A DNA stretch of 64,000 nt, taken from an uncultured Chloroflexia bacterium. Its GTDB lineage: Bacteria > Chloroflexota > Limnocylindria > Limnocylindrales > CSP1-4. Made by a program: the position numbers and the translations under genes. The stretch lies in assembly GCA_963741915.1 (NCBI GenBank), contig CAVUJW010000013.1, forward strand, positions 432,245 to 496,244, given 5' to 3'. The notes beneath the pieces are model-generated. The model saw nothing but the letters and a program-made list of their open reading frames with translations, was not told the DNA's origin and did not search any database. Positions 39,429 through 50,972 of the stretch are shown here, in pieces (positions within the stretch are counted from its first letter, which is position 1; each line of letters starts with the position of its first letter).

Positions 39429-40669
39429 CAGCCATCGTCCTCCGGCCGCGACGGCCGTGCCACCTGCTCTGGCGTGGTCGTACATCGCGGCGCCATGCCC
39501 CGGTGGCCGGGTCCCCGCGGCAGCACCGGCCATATGTCGACCACGATGCCCGCGTCGTCGCTCACGTGATAGGCGTCGAACCAGTTCACCGTGGACGGCG
39601 CATAGCCCGGGATGACGGCGACGACCTCGCCCAGTCTGGGTGCCGCGTCGGCGGCTGCGAACACGCCATGCTCCTCGTCGAACCGGAGCGCACGCTCCTC
39701 GTGGCCCACGATCCGGGACAGCTCGCCGTCGCCGATCGACTTGCTGCCGGCGTCGATGATCACCCTGCCGGGCGCACGGCTGATGACCGTGGCCGCAACC
39801 GTGAGCGCGTGCTCGAACCCGCCCACCATCCGGGCGTGGAACTGGTCCATGACGACGTAGGTGCCGGCCTGGATCTCGGTCACGCCCGGATAGGCCGCCG
39901 TCCAGTCCCAGGTCGCCGTCCCGCCCGCCGATCGGATCGCCACGGGGATCCCGTCGGCCTCGAGCCGATCGGCGATCGCGACGAACAGCGCCATCGCCTC
40001 CCGCTGGAGCGCGTGACGCCGCTCGCGCTCCTCGGTGAGCGAGCAGTGCCCCTCGTAGCCGGTGATGCCCATCAGGCGGATGCCGGGCAGCCGCACGACG
40101 TGCCGTGCCAGGGCGAGGGCGGCATCCGCGTCGTCCACGCCGCAGCGATCCATGCCGGTGTCGATCTCGATGCACACGCCGATCTCGCTGCCCGCCCGCC
40201 GGGCCGCAGCCGCCAGGTCGGCGGCGTTGGCCGGGTCGTCGACCGCGACCACGATCTCCGTCTCGCGAGCGAGCTCCGCGAGCGCTCGCACCTTCGCATC
40301 CCCGACGACCGTGTTGACCACGAACAGGTGGTCGAGGCCGAAGCGCGCCATGACGGTCGCCTCCCAGACCGTCGCCGTCGAGAGGCCGATCGCGCCGGCA
40401 TCGATCTGGAGCCGGGCGAGCTCGGGACTCTTGTGCACCTTGATGTGTGGCCGGATCGCGGCCGGGAGCGGGCGCATCGCCTCGGCCATCCGCTCGATGT
40501 TCCGCCGTGCGGCCGGCAGGTCGAGCACCAGCGCCGGGGTGACGAGCTCCGAGCGGTGGCGGCCGACGGCGGCGCCGTAGGCCCGCCGGACGTCCTCGTA
40601 CAGCGGACGGAACTCCGGAGGGGGCGGCGAGGCCGGCGGCAGCGCGCCGGGCCGAGCGTCCGTGGTCAC
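39428..40669 (-). CDS. DSD1 / D-threonine-aldolase-like PLP enzyme (alanine racemase fold)
   Basis: TPALVLD, RPHIKVHKSP, EIDTGMDRCG, GYEGH, GGT, EIQAGTY, DAGSK and EEHG motifs. Confidence 0.82.
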   Translation of the reverse strand: MTTDARPGALPPASPPPPEFRPLYEDVRRAYGAAVGRHRSELVTPALVLDLPAARRNIERMAEAMRPLPAAIRPHIKVHKSPELARLQIDAGAIGLSTATVWEATVMARFGLDHLFVVNTVVGDAKVRALAELARETEIVVAVDDPANAADLAAAARRAGSEIGVCIEIDTGMDRCGVDDADAALALARHVVRLPGIRLMGITGYEGHCSLTEERERRHALQREAMALFVAIADRLEADGIPVAIRSAGGTATWDWTAAYPGVTEIQAGTYVVMDQFHARMVGGFEHALTVAATVISRAPGRVIIDAGSKSIGDGELSRIVGHEERALRFDEEHGVFAAADAAPRLGEVVAVIPGYAPSTVNWFDAYHVSDDAGIVVDIWPVLPRGPGHRGMAPRCTTTPEQVARPSRPEDDG

Positions 40670-41426
40670 GCGGCGCCCGAGGCCGCCCGATCGGCGCCGG
40701 CGGCGCCCGCCTGCATCGCCGCGACGTTCGCCCCGACGTCGCCGCCGTCGAACACCGCGCTGCCAGTCACGATGATGTCGCGCGCCGAGCGACGCCACCT
40801 GCCGGATGTTCGCCCGGGTCACGCCCCCGTCCACCTCGACGAGGACCGGGCGGCGGGCGGCGGCGGCGAGCTGCGCGGACGCGCGCCACCCGTCGGGCGG
40901 TTGCGGGCAGGAACGACTGCCCGCTCCAGCCGGGATCGATCGCCAGCACCAGCACCAGCTCCAGCTCGTCGAGCAACGGCTCGATCGCCTCGAGCGGGGT
41001 GCTGGGGTCGAGCCCGACGCCGCGGACGATGCCGCGCTCGGGATCGTTGTGCGTTGGGCAGCCGACCCAGCACGCGCAGCACGCGATGCGGGTGACGACG
41101 CCGGCCGAGGTGGAAGGTGACGATGTCCGCGCCCGCGGCGACGAACGCGTCGACCTTGGCCAGCGGGTCCTCGACCATCAGGTGGACGTCCTTGAGCAGC
41201 GGCGTCCGGATCGCCTTGACGAGCGGCGGCCCGACCGTCAGCTGCGGGCAGAAGACGCCGTCCATCACGTCGATGTGGACGATCTCCGCGCCGGTCGCCG
41301 CAGCGGTCGAGCTCGTCGCCGAGGTGGAGCAGGTCGGCCGTGAGCATGCCCACGCTGAGCCGCGGTCCCGCCTGCGGCGCAGCCGCTCCGCGGACGCGCC
41401 GCGGGCCGGGGCTCGCCTCGCGCCAT
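40666..41426 (-). CDS. Ribulose-phosphate 3-epimerase family (LsrE/SgcE-like), frameshifted
   Basis: HIDVMDGVFCP, KDVHLMV, PGWSGQ, VEVDGGV and TGSAVF across frames. Confidence 0.78.
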
Positions 41427-41429
41427 GGC

Positions 41430-42334
41430 TCAGGCCGTGATCCTGGGCGCGGCGAACTCGCGCTCGCAGCGCCTGGAACACCTCGTACGCCTCCGCCGGC
41501 GATAGCCCTCGTGCACGACCTTGCGCACCGCCTGGATCATCGCGGCCGGTGACTCGCTCTGGAAGATGTTGCGGCCCATGTCGACGCCGGCGGCGCCCTG
41601 CTGGACGGCCTGGTAGGCCATGGTCAGCGCGTCGAGCTCGGGGAGCTTCTTGCCGCCGGCCATCACGATCGGCACGGGGCAGCCCGCGGTGACCTTCTCG
41701 AAGCCCTCGGCGCAGTAGTACGTCTTGACGACCTGCGCGCCCAGCTCGGCGCAGATCCGGGTCGCGAGCCCAGGTAGCGGGCGTCGCGGACGAGCTCCTT
41801 GCCGACCGCGGTGACGCCGAGCACGGGGATGCCGTAGCGGTAGCCCTCGTCGACGAGGCGGGTCATGTTCGTGACCGACTGCGTCTCGTACTCGCCGCCG
41901 ACGAACACCTGGACCGCGATCGCCGAGGCGCTCATGCCGCACGGCGTCCTCGACGTCCATCGCGATCCGCTCGTTCGAGAGCTCCTTGAGGATGCTCGGG
42001 CCGCCGCTCGCGCGCAGCACGAGGCCCTGCTGGATGCGTCGGCGGGACGACGACTGCGCAGGATGCCGCGCGTCAGCATCAGGGCGTCGGCGTGCGGGGC
42101 GAGCGGGCACGATGTTCAGGTCGACGCGCTCGAGGCCGGTGGTGGGCCCCTGGAAGTAGCCGTGGTCGATCGCGAGCATCACCGTCCGGCCGCTCTCGGG
42201 CCGGAAGATCCGCGCCAGCCGGTGCTGCATCCCCCAGTCGTAGGCAGCCGGCGCCCTTCAGGAAGAACGCCGTGTTCTGCTGGGGCACGTCCTCGTGGAA
42301 GTGCTTGCGTCTCGCTGCTGTCAGCCTCGGGCAT
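41430..42334 (-). CDS. lsrF: LsrF (3-hydroxy-5-phosphonooxypentane-2,4-dione thiolase), frameshifted
   Basis: [55 protein letters not shown] and [11 protein letters not shown] closely follow E. coli LsrF. Confidence 0.88.
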
Positions 42335-42351
42335 CGTCTTGGTCCTTTCCT

Positions 42352-43956
42352 TCAGGCGCGTGCCTGGCCGGCTCGTCGAGCGTCGGCCCCGGCCGGCCAC
42401 CACATCGGGCGGCAGCAGCCCGTCCTCCGAGAGCTCGAGGATTTGCGGGTAGAGCGCCTGCGCCACGCCGCGTAGAGCTCGTCGTAGACGGTGCGCGCGT
42501 CGGGCTGCGGCTCGAACGTGCGCTCGAACCGGACGAGCTCGCCGCGGCCTCGCCGAGGTCCCGATAGAGGCCCGCGCCGACGCCGGCGCAGAACGCCGCC
42601 CCGAGCGCGGTGGACTCCTTGACGACCGGGACCCGGACGGGCAGACCGAGCGACGTCGGCGACGATCTGCGGCCACAGCTTGCCCTTCGCGGCTCCGCCC
42701 GTGAACACGAGCTCGTCGTAGCTGACCGCCGGTCAGCTCCTCGACGATGTCGAGGTGGCCGCGAGCGCGGTGTACGCGGCCTGCTCCTCGATCGCGCGGA
42801 TGCACGCCTTGCGGCCGGACGCCTCGGGTCGGCGACGTCGAAGCCCGAGGAACGACGGGCGCCGCCTGCACCCAGCGCTTGGCATCCATGACGTTCGCGA
42901 AGATGCCGAGCACGCCGTTGGCGCCGGGTGGCACCGCGGCCGCCGCCTCCTCCATCACGACGTAGGCGTCGACGCCGCGCCTGCTCGGCCTCGGCACTCT
43001 CGAGCTCGCAGAACGCATCGCGGAACCAGCGCATGGCGATCCCGCAGTAGAAGCCGATCCCCTCGATCATCCATTGGCCGGGCACGGCGTGGCACAGCGT
43101 GCGCAGCCGCGCCTGGGGATCGATCAGCGGCTGGTCGGTGACCACCGTCAGCTGCCAGAAGCTGCCGCCGACGAGCGTCAGCCGGTCCGGGCGCACGACG
43201 CCGATGCCGACCAGGCCGAGCTGCGTGTCGGCGCCGCCGACGACGACGGGCGTCCCGGCCCGGAGGCCGGTCTCCTCGGCGGCTCGCGCGCTGACGCGCC
43301 GACCACCGTGCCCGGCTCGAGCACCTCCGGCACGATCGGCCGGCGACAGGTCGATGAGCTCGAGCGATGACGCCGACCAGGACCGCGTCGCGGAGGTCGA
43401 ACAGGTCCGAGCTCGAGCCGGACGAGGGGTCGGTCACGAAGCGGCCGGTCAAGCCGGTACAGGACCCAGTCGCTGAGCATGCCCGACGTGGGCGATGGCG
43501 GCGAAGACGTCGGGCTCGTGTGCCTGTGATCCACAGGAACCGGGCCGGCGAGGTGATCGACACCCAGTCGCCACCCTGCTCGAAGATCTGGCGGCGCGCG
43601 GCCGCTCTCGACGAGCTCGGTCGCCTCGGCGCGCCGCGCGCGAGTCGACGTTCGGGCAGGCCCAGATCTCGCGCCCCGCGCGCGTCGTACAGCACCATGC
43701 CCTCGCGCATGCTGGTGCTGCTGACGCGCCGCGATCCGTCGGCCGGGACGCCCGCCGTGGCCAGCGCCTCGCGGATGCAGTCGCAGATCAGCTCCCAGTT
43801 CCGGCGCCGTGTCGAACACCTGCGACCCGGGGACTCCGGGCAGCGCCGCGTGGGTCCACTCCCGCTGGCCGATCGCCGACCTGGCGTGCCGTCCTCGTCG
43901 AACAGGACCGCGCGGCAGCTGCCCGTGCCGAGGTCGATCGCGAGGAGGTAGCTCAT
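42352..43956 (-). CDS. lsrK: Autoinducer-2 kinase LsrK-like FGGY kinase, multiple frameshifts
   Basis: MSYLLAIDLGTGSCRAVLFD, VPGSQVFD, SMREGMVLYD, GGSFWQ, MRWFRDAFC, KGKLWPQIVAD and PVVKESTALG motifs. Confidence 0.8.
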
Positions 43957-45055
43957 CGGCCTGCGAGCGCCTCCGCGGCGACGCGTCCAGAGCCCGGCGG
44001 TTGGCGACGTTGACCAGCGGCTCGCCGGCCGCGAAGCGCTCGATCTCGTCCACGGCCATCTCGCCGCCGTGGCGGAGCGTCTCGAACGTCGCGCCCCCGA
44101 CATGGGCGGTCACGATCGACGTTCGGGTGGTCGCAGCAGCGGGTGACGGCCGCCCGGCGGGCGACGGGCTCAGACGTCGAGCGCGGCGCCGGCCAGGCGG
44201 CCCGGATCGCAGGCCCTCGAGGAGCGCCTCCTCGTCGATGAGCGTCTCGCGTGCGGTGTTGACGAAGTACGCGCCGGGCTTCATGGCCGCCGAACTCCCG
44301 GGCACCGATCATGCCGCGATTGTCGGCTGTCGCCCGCGCGTGGAGCGAGACGAAGTCGGAGGCGCCCAGGAGCGTCTCCAGGTCGGCCACCTCGGCCCCG
44401 CGCCGGCGCGCACCGGGTCGGCGTCCACGAACGGATCGAACACCAGCACCTGCATCCCGAACGCCCGCGGCGCGGGAGGCCACGCGCCGGCCCACCTGCC
44501 CGAATCCCACCAGGCCGAGCGTCTGGCCCGCGAGGTCGTGGCCGAACCACCTCGCCCCCTCGTAGTTGTCATGCCCGAACTCGCCGCCCTCGTCGATGTG
44601 GCTGGAGCACCTCGCGGATCCGGCGGGCGAGCATGACCAGGAACGCGATGGTCAGCTCGGCGACCGCATCGGCGTTCTTGCCCGGCGTCGTGGCCACGGC
44701 GATCCCGCGCTCGGTCGCGGCCGGAACATCGACGTTGACCGGTCCGCCTCGGGCGCACGCACACGAGCCTCAGGTTCGGATCGGCGTCCAGCACCACATC
44801 GGTCACCGGCGCCGCCTGGACGACGAGCACGTCATGGCCGTCGAGCGCGGCGATCACCTGGCTCGGGGTGCCCAGGTACTCGCGCAGCCGACGTTCGGAG
44901 GGGCTGGCCGGGACCCACGCGGGATCATCGGCAACGTCGAGGAACGACACCTGGTGTAGCGGGGCGATGCGGGTGAACGCCTCCTGCATCGCCGACGATG
45001 GGCAGTAGGAATCGCCGACGACCAGGATCCGGAGCGACGTCGTGGGGCGCGCCAT
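43953..45055 (-). CDS. D-isomer-specific 2-hydroxyacid dehydrogenase family, frameshifted
   Basis: ILVVGD, GFGQVG, DFVSLHAR, NTARETLIDEEAL and AHVGGAT motifs. Confidence 0.8.
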
Positions 45056-45208
45056 GATCCCGTGGACCTCCAGCATGTTCGACGGGCGGATGGCTCGCGC
45101 CCGATCGCCTGTGGAGGCGCCCGGGCACCGCCAGAAAGATTGTGCATCGTCAGTCAAGGCTGTGCGTCGTAGGATACGGGCGCTGCCCAGCACGCCACTG
45201 GAGGATGC

Positions 45209-46219
45209 GTGAGCCGCCGTCATCGGGCCCCTGCAGTCATCGAGACCAAGCCCGCGGACTTCCTGACCGACATCGCCACGCGGTACTACCTGCACGCCGA
45301 CTCGCAGGTCGAGATCGCCCGCGATCTGGGGCTCGATCCATCGACAGTCTCGCGCTATCTGAAACGGGCGCGGGATGAGGGCGTCGTCCACGTCGAGATC
45401 CGTCCCCCGAGGCACGAGGACCTCGAGCTCGGTCGAGAGCTGGCCGTGCGCCACGGGCTCGCACGGGTGGTGGTGGCTCCCGACGTCGATGGCGGCGCGG
45501 ATAGCGACGCCGCCCTCGATGGGGTCCTGCCGTGGGCCGCCGCGCAATTCCTCGAGGGACTGCTGCGCAACGGGATGCGGCTCGGGGTCTCCTGGGGGCG
45601 AACCCTCGCCAACACCGTCTCGGAGCTGCGTCCGGGCACCGTGTCCGGGCTGCACCTCGCCCAGCTCGCGGGTGGCGTCGCCGACCCGCAGCCGGGCATC
45701 CAGGGCCATGACCTGGTGCGCCAGATCGCGGAGCTCTATCCCGGCTCGACCGTCGACTACCTGCACGCCCCGGCGATCGTGGGATCCGACGAGACCGCGG
45801 TCGCGCTGGCCGCGGACCGCACGATCCAGGCCGCGCTCGGCGCGGCCCGTCGCAGCGAGCTGGCGCTGGTCGGGATCGGGCAGATGGACGAAGGCTCCAC
45901 CCTTTTCCGGGGCGGACACGTCCCGCCCGAGGACTGGTCCAGGCTGCTCGCGGAGGGCGCCATCGGCAACATCAACACCGGCTTCTTCGATGGGCGCGGA
46001 CGTGCCCTCGACTCGCTGCGGGCGAGAACGATCGCGGTCTCGCTCGAGGAGCTGCGCAGCATCCCGACCGTCATGGCCGTCGCGGGTGGGCGGACGAAGG
46101 TGGCGGCGATCGAGGGTGCGATCGCCACCAGCACGATCGACATCCTGGTCACAGACGAGGCGACGGCGAACCTCCTCCTGGCGAGCGCCGCACGCGGGCA
46201 GCGATCGCGAACCGCCTGA
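45209..46219 (+). CDS. SorC/LsrR-family sugar-binding transcriptional regulator
   Basis: ATRYYL..SQVEIARDLG...VSRYLKRARDEG HTH; GVSWGRT, ALVGIG and LVTDE motifs; divergent from the lsrK operon. Confidence 0.9.
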   Translation: MSRRHRAPAVIETKPADFLTDIATRYYLHADSQVEIARDLGLDPSTVSRYLKRARDEGVVHVEIRPPRHEDLELGRELAVRHGLARVVVAPDVDGGADSDAALDGVLPWAAAQFLEGLLRNGMRLGVSWGRTLANTVSELRPGTVSGLHLAQLAGGVADPQPGIQGHDLVRQIAELYPGSTVDYLHAPAIVGSDETAVALAADRTIQAALGAARRSELALVGIGQMDEGSTLFRGGHVPPEDWSRLLAEGAIGNINTGFFDGRGRALDSLRARTIAVSLEELRSIPTVMAVAGGRTKVAAIEGAIATSTIDILVTDEATANLLLASAARGQRSRTA

Positions 46220-46299
46220 CGGACGCGGATCCCGGACCCGGGAGGGGACGGATGGCCGCCGACGCGGCCGGCCCCATGGCGCGCCGACCCTGCGCTATT

Positions 46300-46316
46300 G
46301 TTCAGAGCTGATGAAC
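46300..46316. promoter_or_regulatory. Motif-B operator GTTCAGAGCTGATGAAC
   Basis: Inverted repeat overlapping a TATTGT -10-like box upstream of the amidohydrolase. Confidence 0.6.
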
Positions 46317-46366
46317 AGGACAGAGCCTCGGCGCGGCTTCTCCGTCGCGGCGAGGAGGGAGCAGCG

Positions 46367-47619
46367 ATGCGATTTGACCTCGTGATAAAGGGCGGAACAC
46401 TGATCGACCCGGCGGCAGGCATCGATGGCCCGCGCGACATCGGCATTGCCGGCGATCGTGTCGTCGCCGTCGACGCGGACCTGCCCACCGCCGAGGCTGC
46501 CCGGGTCGTCGTCGCGACCGGACAAATCGTGACGCCGGGCCTGATCGATATCCATGCCCACGTGTTCCTCGGGGCGGACTACTTCGGGATCGACGCCGAC
46601 AGCCTCGCCTGGCGCTCGGGTGTCACGACGTGGGTGGATGCGGGCTCGGCAGGCGGCTTCCGGATGCCGGCGCTCCAGGCCCAGGTGGTCGAGCGCTCGG
46701 CGGCGCGCATCCGCGCCCTGATCAACATCTCCTACCTCGGGCTGTCGGGTCTCAACTACGACGAGTACTGCAACCCCGCTGCGTGCAACCTCGAGGTCCT
46801 GGCGCGGGTCGCCGCCGCGTACCCCGACCTCGTCGTGGGCATCAAGACCCGGATGGGCAAGGAGGGGGTCTGCTACCCGGGGCTGCGCCCCCTTCGCCGG
46901 GCCGTCGAGTCCGGCGCGGCAACCGGCCTGCCGGTCATGTGCCACCTGAGCGGCACCCCGCCGACGGTGGAGCGCGTCCTCGCGCTGCTGCGTCCCGGCG
47001 ACATCGTCACCCACGCGTTCACCGGGGCCGGCGAGAACTCGTGGACGACCGGGGGAGGCTCCGCCCGGCCGTCGCCCGGGCCCGCGATCGGGGCGTGCGG
47101 TTCGACATCGGCCACGGCGCGGGCTCGTTCTCGTTCGCCTCGGCCGAGGCCCTGGTGCGCCAGGGCTTCTGGCCCGATACGCTGTCGACGGACCTGCACC
47201 AGCTGAGCGTCGCCGGCCACAACCTGGTCGAGGACCAGGCGTTCATCGGAGAGGTTCGGGGCGATGGGTCACCCGAGCTGACGCTGCTGACCGTGATGAC
47301 CAAGTTCCTCTACCTCGGCTGGTCGACCCGGGACGTGATCCGGGCCGTGACTTCTTCCCCGGCCGCGACGTTCGGTTGGAGCGACATCGGCACGCTCCGC
47401 GTGGGCTCGCTGGCCGATGTCGCCATCCTCGAGGTCGCCGAGGGCGCCCGCGAGCTGTACGACATCGAGGGCAACGTCCGCCCTTCGACCGTGGCTTCGT
47501 GTGCCACGCGACGATCGTGGGCGGGCGCGCCGATGGACCCGAAGCCGATCCCGGCGCCGCCACCCTGGATCCGCCTGGTCGACGTCGAGGCGGGTCGAGT
47601 CGAGCGAGCGTCCGCATGA
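46367..47619 (+). CDS. Amidohydrolase/deacetylase (dihydroorotase-like, Atu3266/EF_0837-type), frameshifts near 47035 and 47490
   Basis: PGLIDIHAHV, GVTTWVDAGSAG, GIKTR, VMCH, GDIVTHAF, DIGHGAGSFSF and STDLH motifs. Confidence 0.8.
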
Positions 47620-49693
47620 CCGGTGCCGGTGGGCGCGGCTCCCTGCGGGCACGCCCTGACCCGAGTTGGTTTCAGCTGTGGTACGGGCGAGACGAGCCGC
47701 CCGGCGGGACGCGAGCTCACGGCAGGTCCGCTGTCGGCCACCCTCGTTGGCGCCGATCTCGTGGGTATTCGCCTGGGTGATCTGGCCCCTGATCGACCGC
47801 ATCTACCCGTCGGTCCGCGACCGCGACTGGAACACCGTCGAGCCCGAGCTGTCGGCCGTGGCGATTCGCGAGGACGGCGGGGCCCTCAGCGCGACGTTCG
47901 ACGGCCGAAGCCGGGCGGACGAGATCGACCTCCGCTGGCGGGGAACGGTGACCGCGACCGCCGACGGCATCCTGACCTACGTCATGGACTGCGAGGCCGC
48001 CTGCGAGTTCGACTACTGCCGGATCGGCTTCTGCGTGCTCCATCCGGCGTCGACGGCAGCAGGCCGCCCGTTCCACGCCGACACGATCGAGGGTCCCGTC
48101 GACGGCGAGCTGCCGGGGCTCATCGCGCCCCAGTCCATCGTCGACGGCGTCGAGGTCCCGCTGTTCCCGGCCTGCCGTCTCCTCGCCGTCGACCTCGGCG
48201 AGGCGACGATCGTTACCGAGTTCGAGGGCGACCTGTTCGAGATGGAGGACCAGCGCAACTGGACCGACGCCTCGTTCAAGACGTACTGCACCCCGATCGC
48301 GCTCGGCTACCCCCATCACGCGCAGGCCGGGCAGCGGTTCCACCAGGTCGTTCGCGTGCTCGTCCGGCCGACGGCACCCGCCGGATCGCCTGGCCGGTCG
48401 CGTCCGTCCCGACGACGGGACGCGCGGACGATCGAGCTGGCGATGCCCACCACGGCGGGCGGGCCGGGTCCGAGGCTCGGGGTCGGTTCGGCATCCTGGC
48501 TGGGCCGATCGCTGTCGCCCAGAGAGGCGGCCCGGCTCCGGGCGCTCGAGCTGGATCACCTCCGGGTGGACGTCCGACTGTCGGCGGCGGACTGGCCGGA
48601 GCGCCTCGAGCGTGCCGCTCGCGATGCGCAGGCCGTCGGCGCCGGGCTCGAGGTGGCGCTCTTCGTCCGCGAGGACACGACGGCGCAGCTGCCGGCCCTC
48701 GCGGGACGGCTGGCCGGCGGCGCGGCGGCGCGCATCCTCGTGTTCCACGAGCCCACGGCCGGGACGCGATCGACGCCCTCCGGCTGGCTGCCGCGAGTGC
48801 GCGCCGCGCTCGCCGAGGCCGTTCCGGGCGCCTCGTTCGCGACCGGCACCGACGGGGACTTCGCGGAGCTCAATCGCGACCGGCCGGACCTCCGGAGCGC
48901 CGATGCCCTGACCTACGCCCTGAACCCGCAGATCCACGCCTTCGACGAGGCATCGATGGTGGACACCCTCGAGGTCCAGGCCACCACCGTGGCCACGGCG
49001 CGAGCGTTCGCGGACGGCCTTGACGTCGGGGTGAGCCCGGTCACCCTCCGCCAGCGCTTCAACCCGGCCGCGACCAGTGGGTCGCCGATGTCCGACGACG
49101 TGGCGCCCGGGCAGCTTCCCGCCGGGATCGATGACCGGCAGGCCACGCTGTTCGCCGCCGCCTGGACCGTGGGCAGCTACGCGGCGCTCGCCGACGCCGG
49201 CGCGGCCTGGGTGACCTACCACGAGACGATCGGCCCCCGCGGCCTGATGGGCGCCGCGGGACTGCGTCGCCGCTCGCACGACGTGGCCCCGGCCGGCGGC
49301 GTCTATCCCGTCTACCACGCGCTGGCGGATCTCTCCGGGGCCGCCGGCTGGACGTGCTCGCGGCTCGTGTCGAGCGCCGGCCCCGGGGCGGTCGCCGGCC
49401 TGCTCATGCGGAGCGGCGACGACATCCGGCTCGTGGTCGCCAACCTCCGGCCCGCGGCGCGCACCGTCGCGCTGCCGGTGGCGTCCTTCCGGGGGCTCCG
49501 CCTTCGGCTGCTCGACGAGCGCAACGTCCTGGCGGCGATGGCGTCGCCGGCGCGCCATCGGGCGACGTCCTGGCGCCCGCTGTCCGCGCGCGCGGCGGCG
49601 GCGCTGCGGCTCGAGCCGTACGCGATCGCGCGGATCGACGGACGGGTCCGAGTGCCGGGCGACGATGCGGCGGCAGCAGGGGACGGCGGATAG
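47616..49693 (+). CDS. D-apionate lactonase (ApnL)-like protein, frameshifts in the 5' part
   Basis: ELTAGPLSA, VRDRDWNT, RIGFCVLHP, FEMEDQRNWTDASFKTY, FAELNR and PQIHAFD motifs, as recalled for the ApnL family. Confidence 0.65.
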
Positions 49694-49785
49694 GGGAGCC
49701 GCCACCCGCTCGGCCGGCACTCGATGGGGCCCGCCCCGGCCTCGCGCGAGTCCTTGCCGGGCCTGGCGGGACGCTCGACCGACGA

Positions 49786-50703
49786 TCAGTATTCCGGCGC
49801 GCGACGCCCCGCGATGACGTCCTCCTGGACCTGGACGAGCGCTGTCGGGTCGACGGTGGCCCGGATGACCTCCCCGACCGCCTGGTCGCCCGCCCGGCCG
49901 ACGAACGCGGCGCTCGTGTTCGCCCCGGCCAGCACCCGCTCCGTCGCCGCCGAGAGCGGCCGGCTGGGCATGTCCGGGGGATAGCGCATCAGGGCATCCT
50001 CGACGTCGAGGATGGCGGCATCGATCCGGCCGGCCTCGATCTCGCGCACGGCCAGCAGGTAGTTGAGGGGCACGTACTCGACCTCGTCGCCGAACTCGAG
50101 GGTCGTCATCCGCTCGAAGTCGTACGAGGAGCGGTCGATCGCCACCCGCCGGATCGGACCGTCGACGGCGGTCCTGGACAGGAACACCCGGTGCTCGCGG
50201 ACGAAGGTGCCGGGCGGGAGCGTGAGCAGCACCTCGAACCGGTCGCCGGCCATGCCGTCGGCCGCGAGCCGGGACATCACCGCGACCTGGCAGCGTCCCT
50301 GCGCCAGGGCGGCGATGCGGGGCCGGGAGCCCCGGATGAACGACAGGAAGGCATCGATCCCGCCCGCCACCAGGCTCGCCCGGATCGCGGTCGCCAGGCC
50401 GTTGATGCGCTCGGTCGAGGGCAGCGACATCGCGATGAGGAGGGGGCCCAGGTCCGTGGCCTCGAACAGCCGGCCGATGTCCCGCCCGAGCAGGACGGCA
50501 CCGCGTCCCGGACGGCTGTCGAGGCTGATCGCGCCGTCCGCGGCCAGCGCCGCGAGCTCGATCTGGGTCGCCCCGACGCTCGCGTGGAACCGCGCCGCGA
50601 GGGTTCGCACCGGTGCGACGTTGTCGCCCGGTGCCACGGTAAGAAGGTGGCTCGCCAGCGCCCGGCGGAGCGCATCCGCCTTGCGCACGCCGCGCCTGGT
50701 CAT
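49786..50703 (-). CDS. YhfZ-like regulator (GntR-like HTH plus C-terminal ligand-binding domain)
   Basis: SVGATQ, AMSLP, GLATAI, IRGSRPRI, VMSRLAA and C-terminal VIAGRRAPEY parallel E. coli YhfZ. Confidence 0.72.
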   Translation of the reverse strand: MTRRGVRKADALRRALASHLLTVAPGDNVAPVRTLAARFHASVGATQIELAALAADGAISLDSRPGRGAVLLGRDIGRLFEATDLGPLLIAMSLPSTERINGLATAIRASLVAGGIDAFLSFIRGSRPRIAALAQGRCQVAVMSRLAADGMAGDRFEVLLTLPPGTFVREHRVFLSRTAVDGPIRRVAIDRSSYDFERMTTLEFGDEVEYVPLNYLLAVREIEAGRIDAAILDVEDALMRYPPDMPSRPLSAATERVLAGANTSAAFVGRAGDQAVGEVIRATVDPTALVQVQEDVIAGRRAPEY

Positions 50704-50860
50704 GGGCGCCCGGCGAGGGGCGTGACCCGACGCGAACCGGGGTACGACCGGCGGCCGGCGCCCACGTTCAGACTCCGTCGGACACCCAGCGCTCGATCCC
50801 TCAACCTTGCCTCCGTCCGCCCACCTGCCGGCACTCTACAACCCGCTCGATCCGCTTCCC

Positions 50861-50907
50861 TTGACAGCGGGCCACTGCGGTGGTTCGATTGTTCACGAAT
50901 TATGGAC
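50861..50907 (+). promoter_or_regulatory. Promoter and motif-B operator
   Basis: TTGACA (50861-50866), 17 nt, TTCGAT; GTTCACGAATTATGGAC at 50891-50907, divergent from the YhfZ-like gene. Confidence 0.6.
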
Positions 50908-50972
50908 GATACGCGGGGCCGCGACCGGGCCCGCGGGCAAGACCGTCACCCGAGCTCCATGGAGGATCGTGC

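Noticed and set aside
41430-43956. Programmed ribosomal frameshifting in lsrF/lsrK
   Set aside because: Too many shifts and no slippery sites; the pattern fits indel errors
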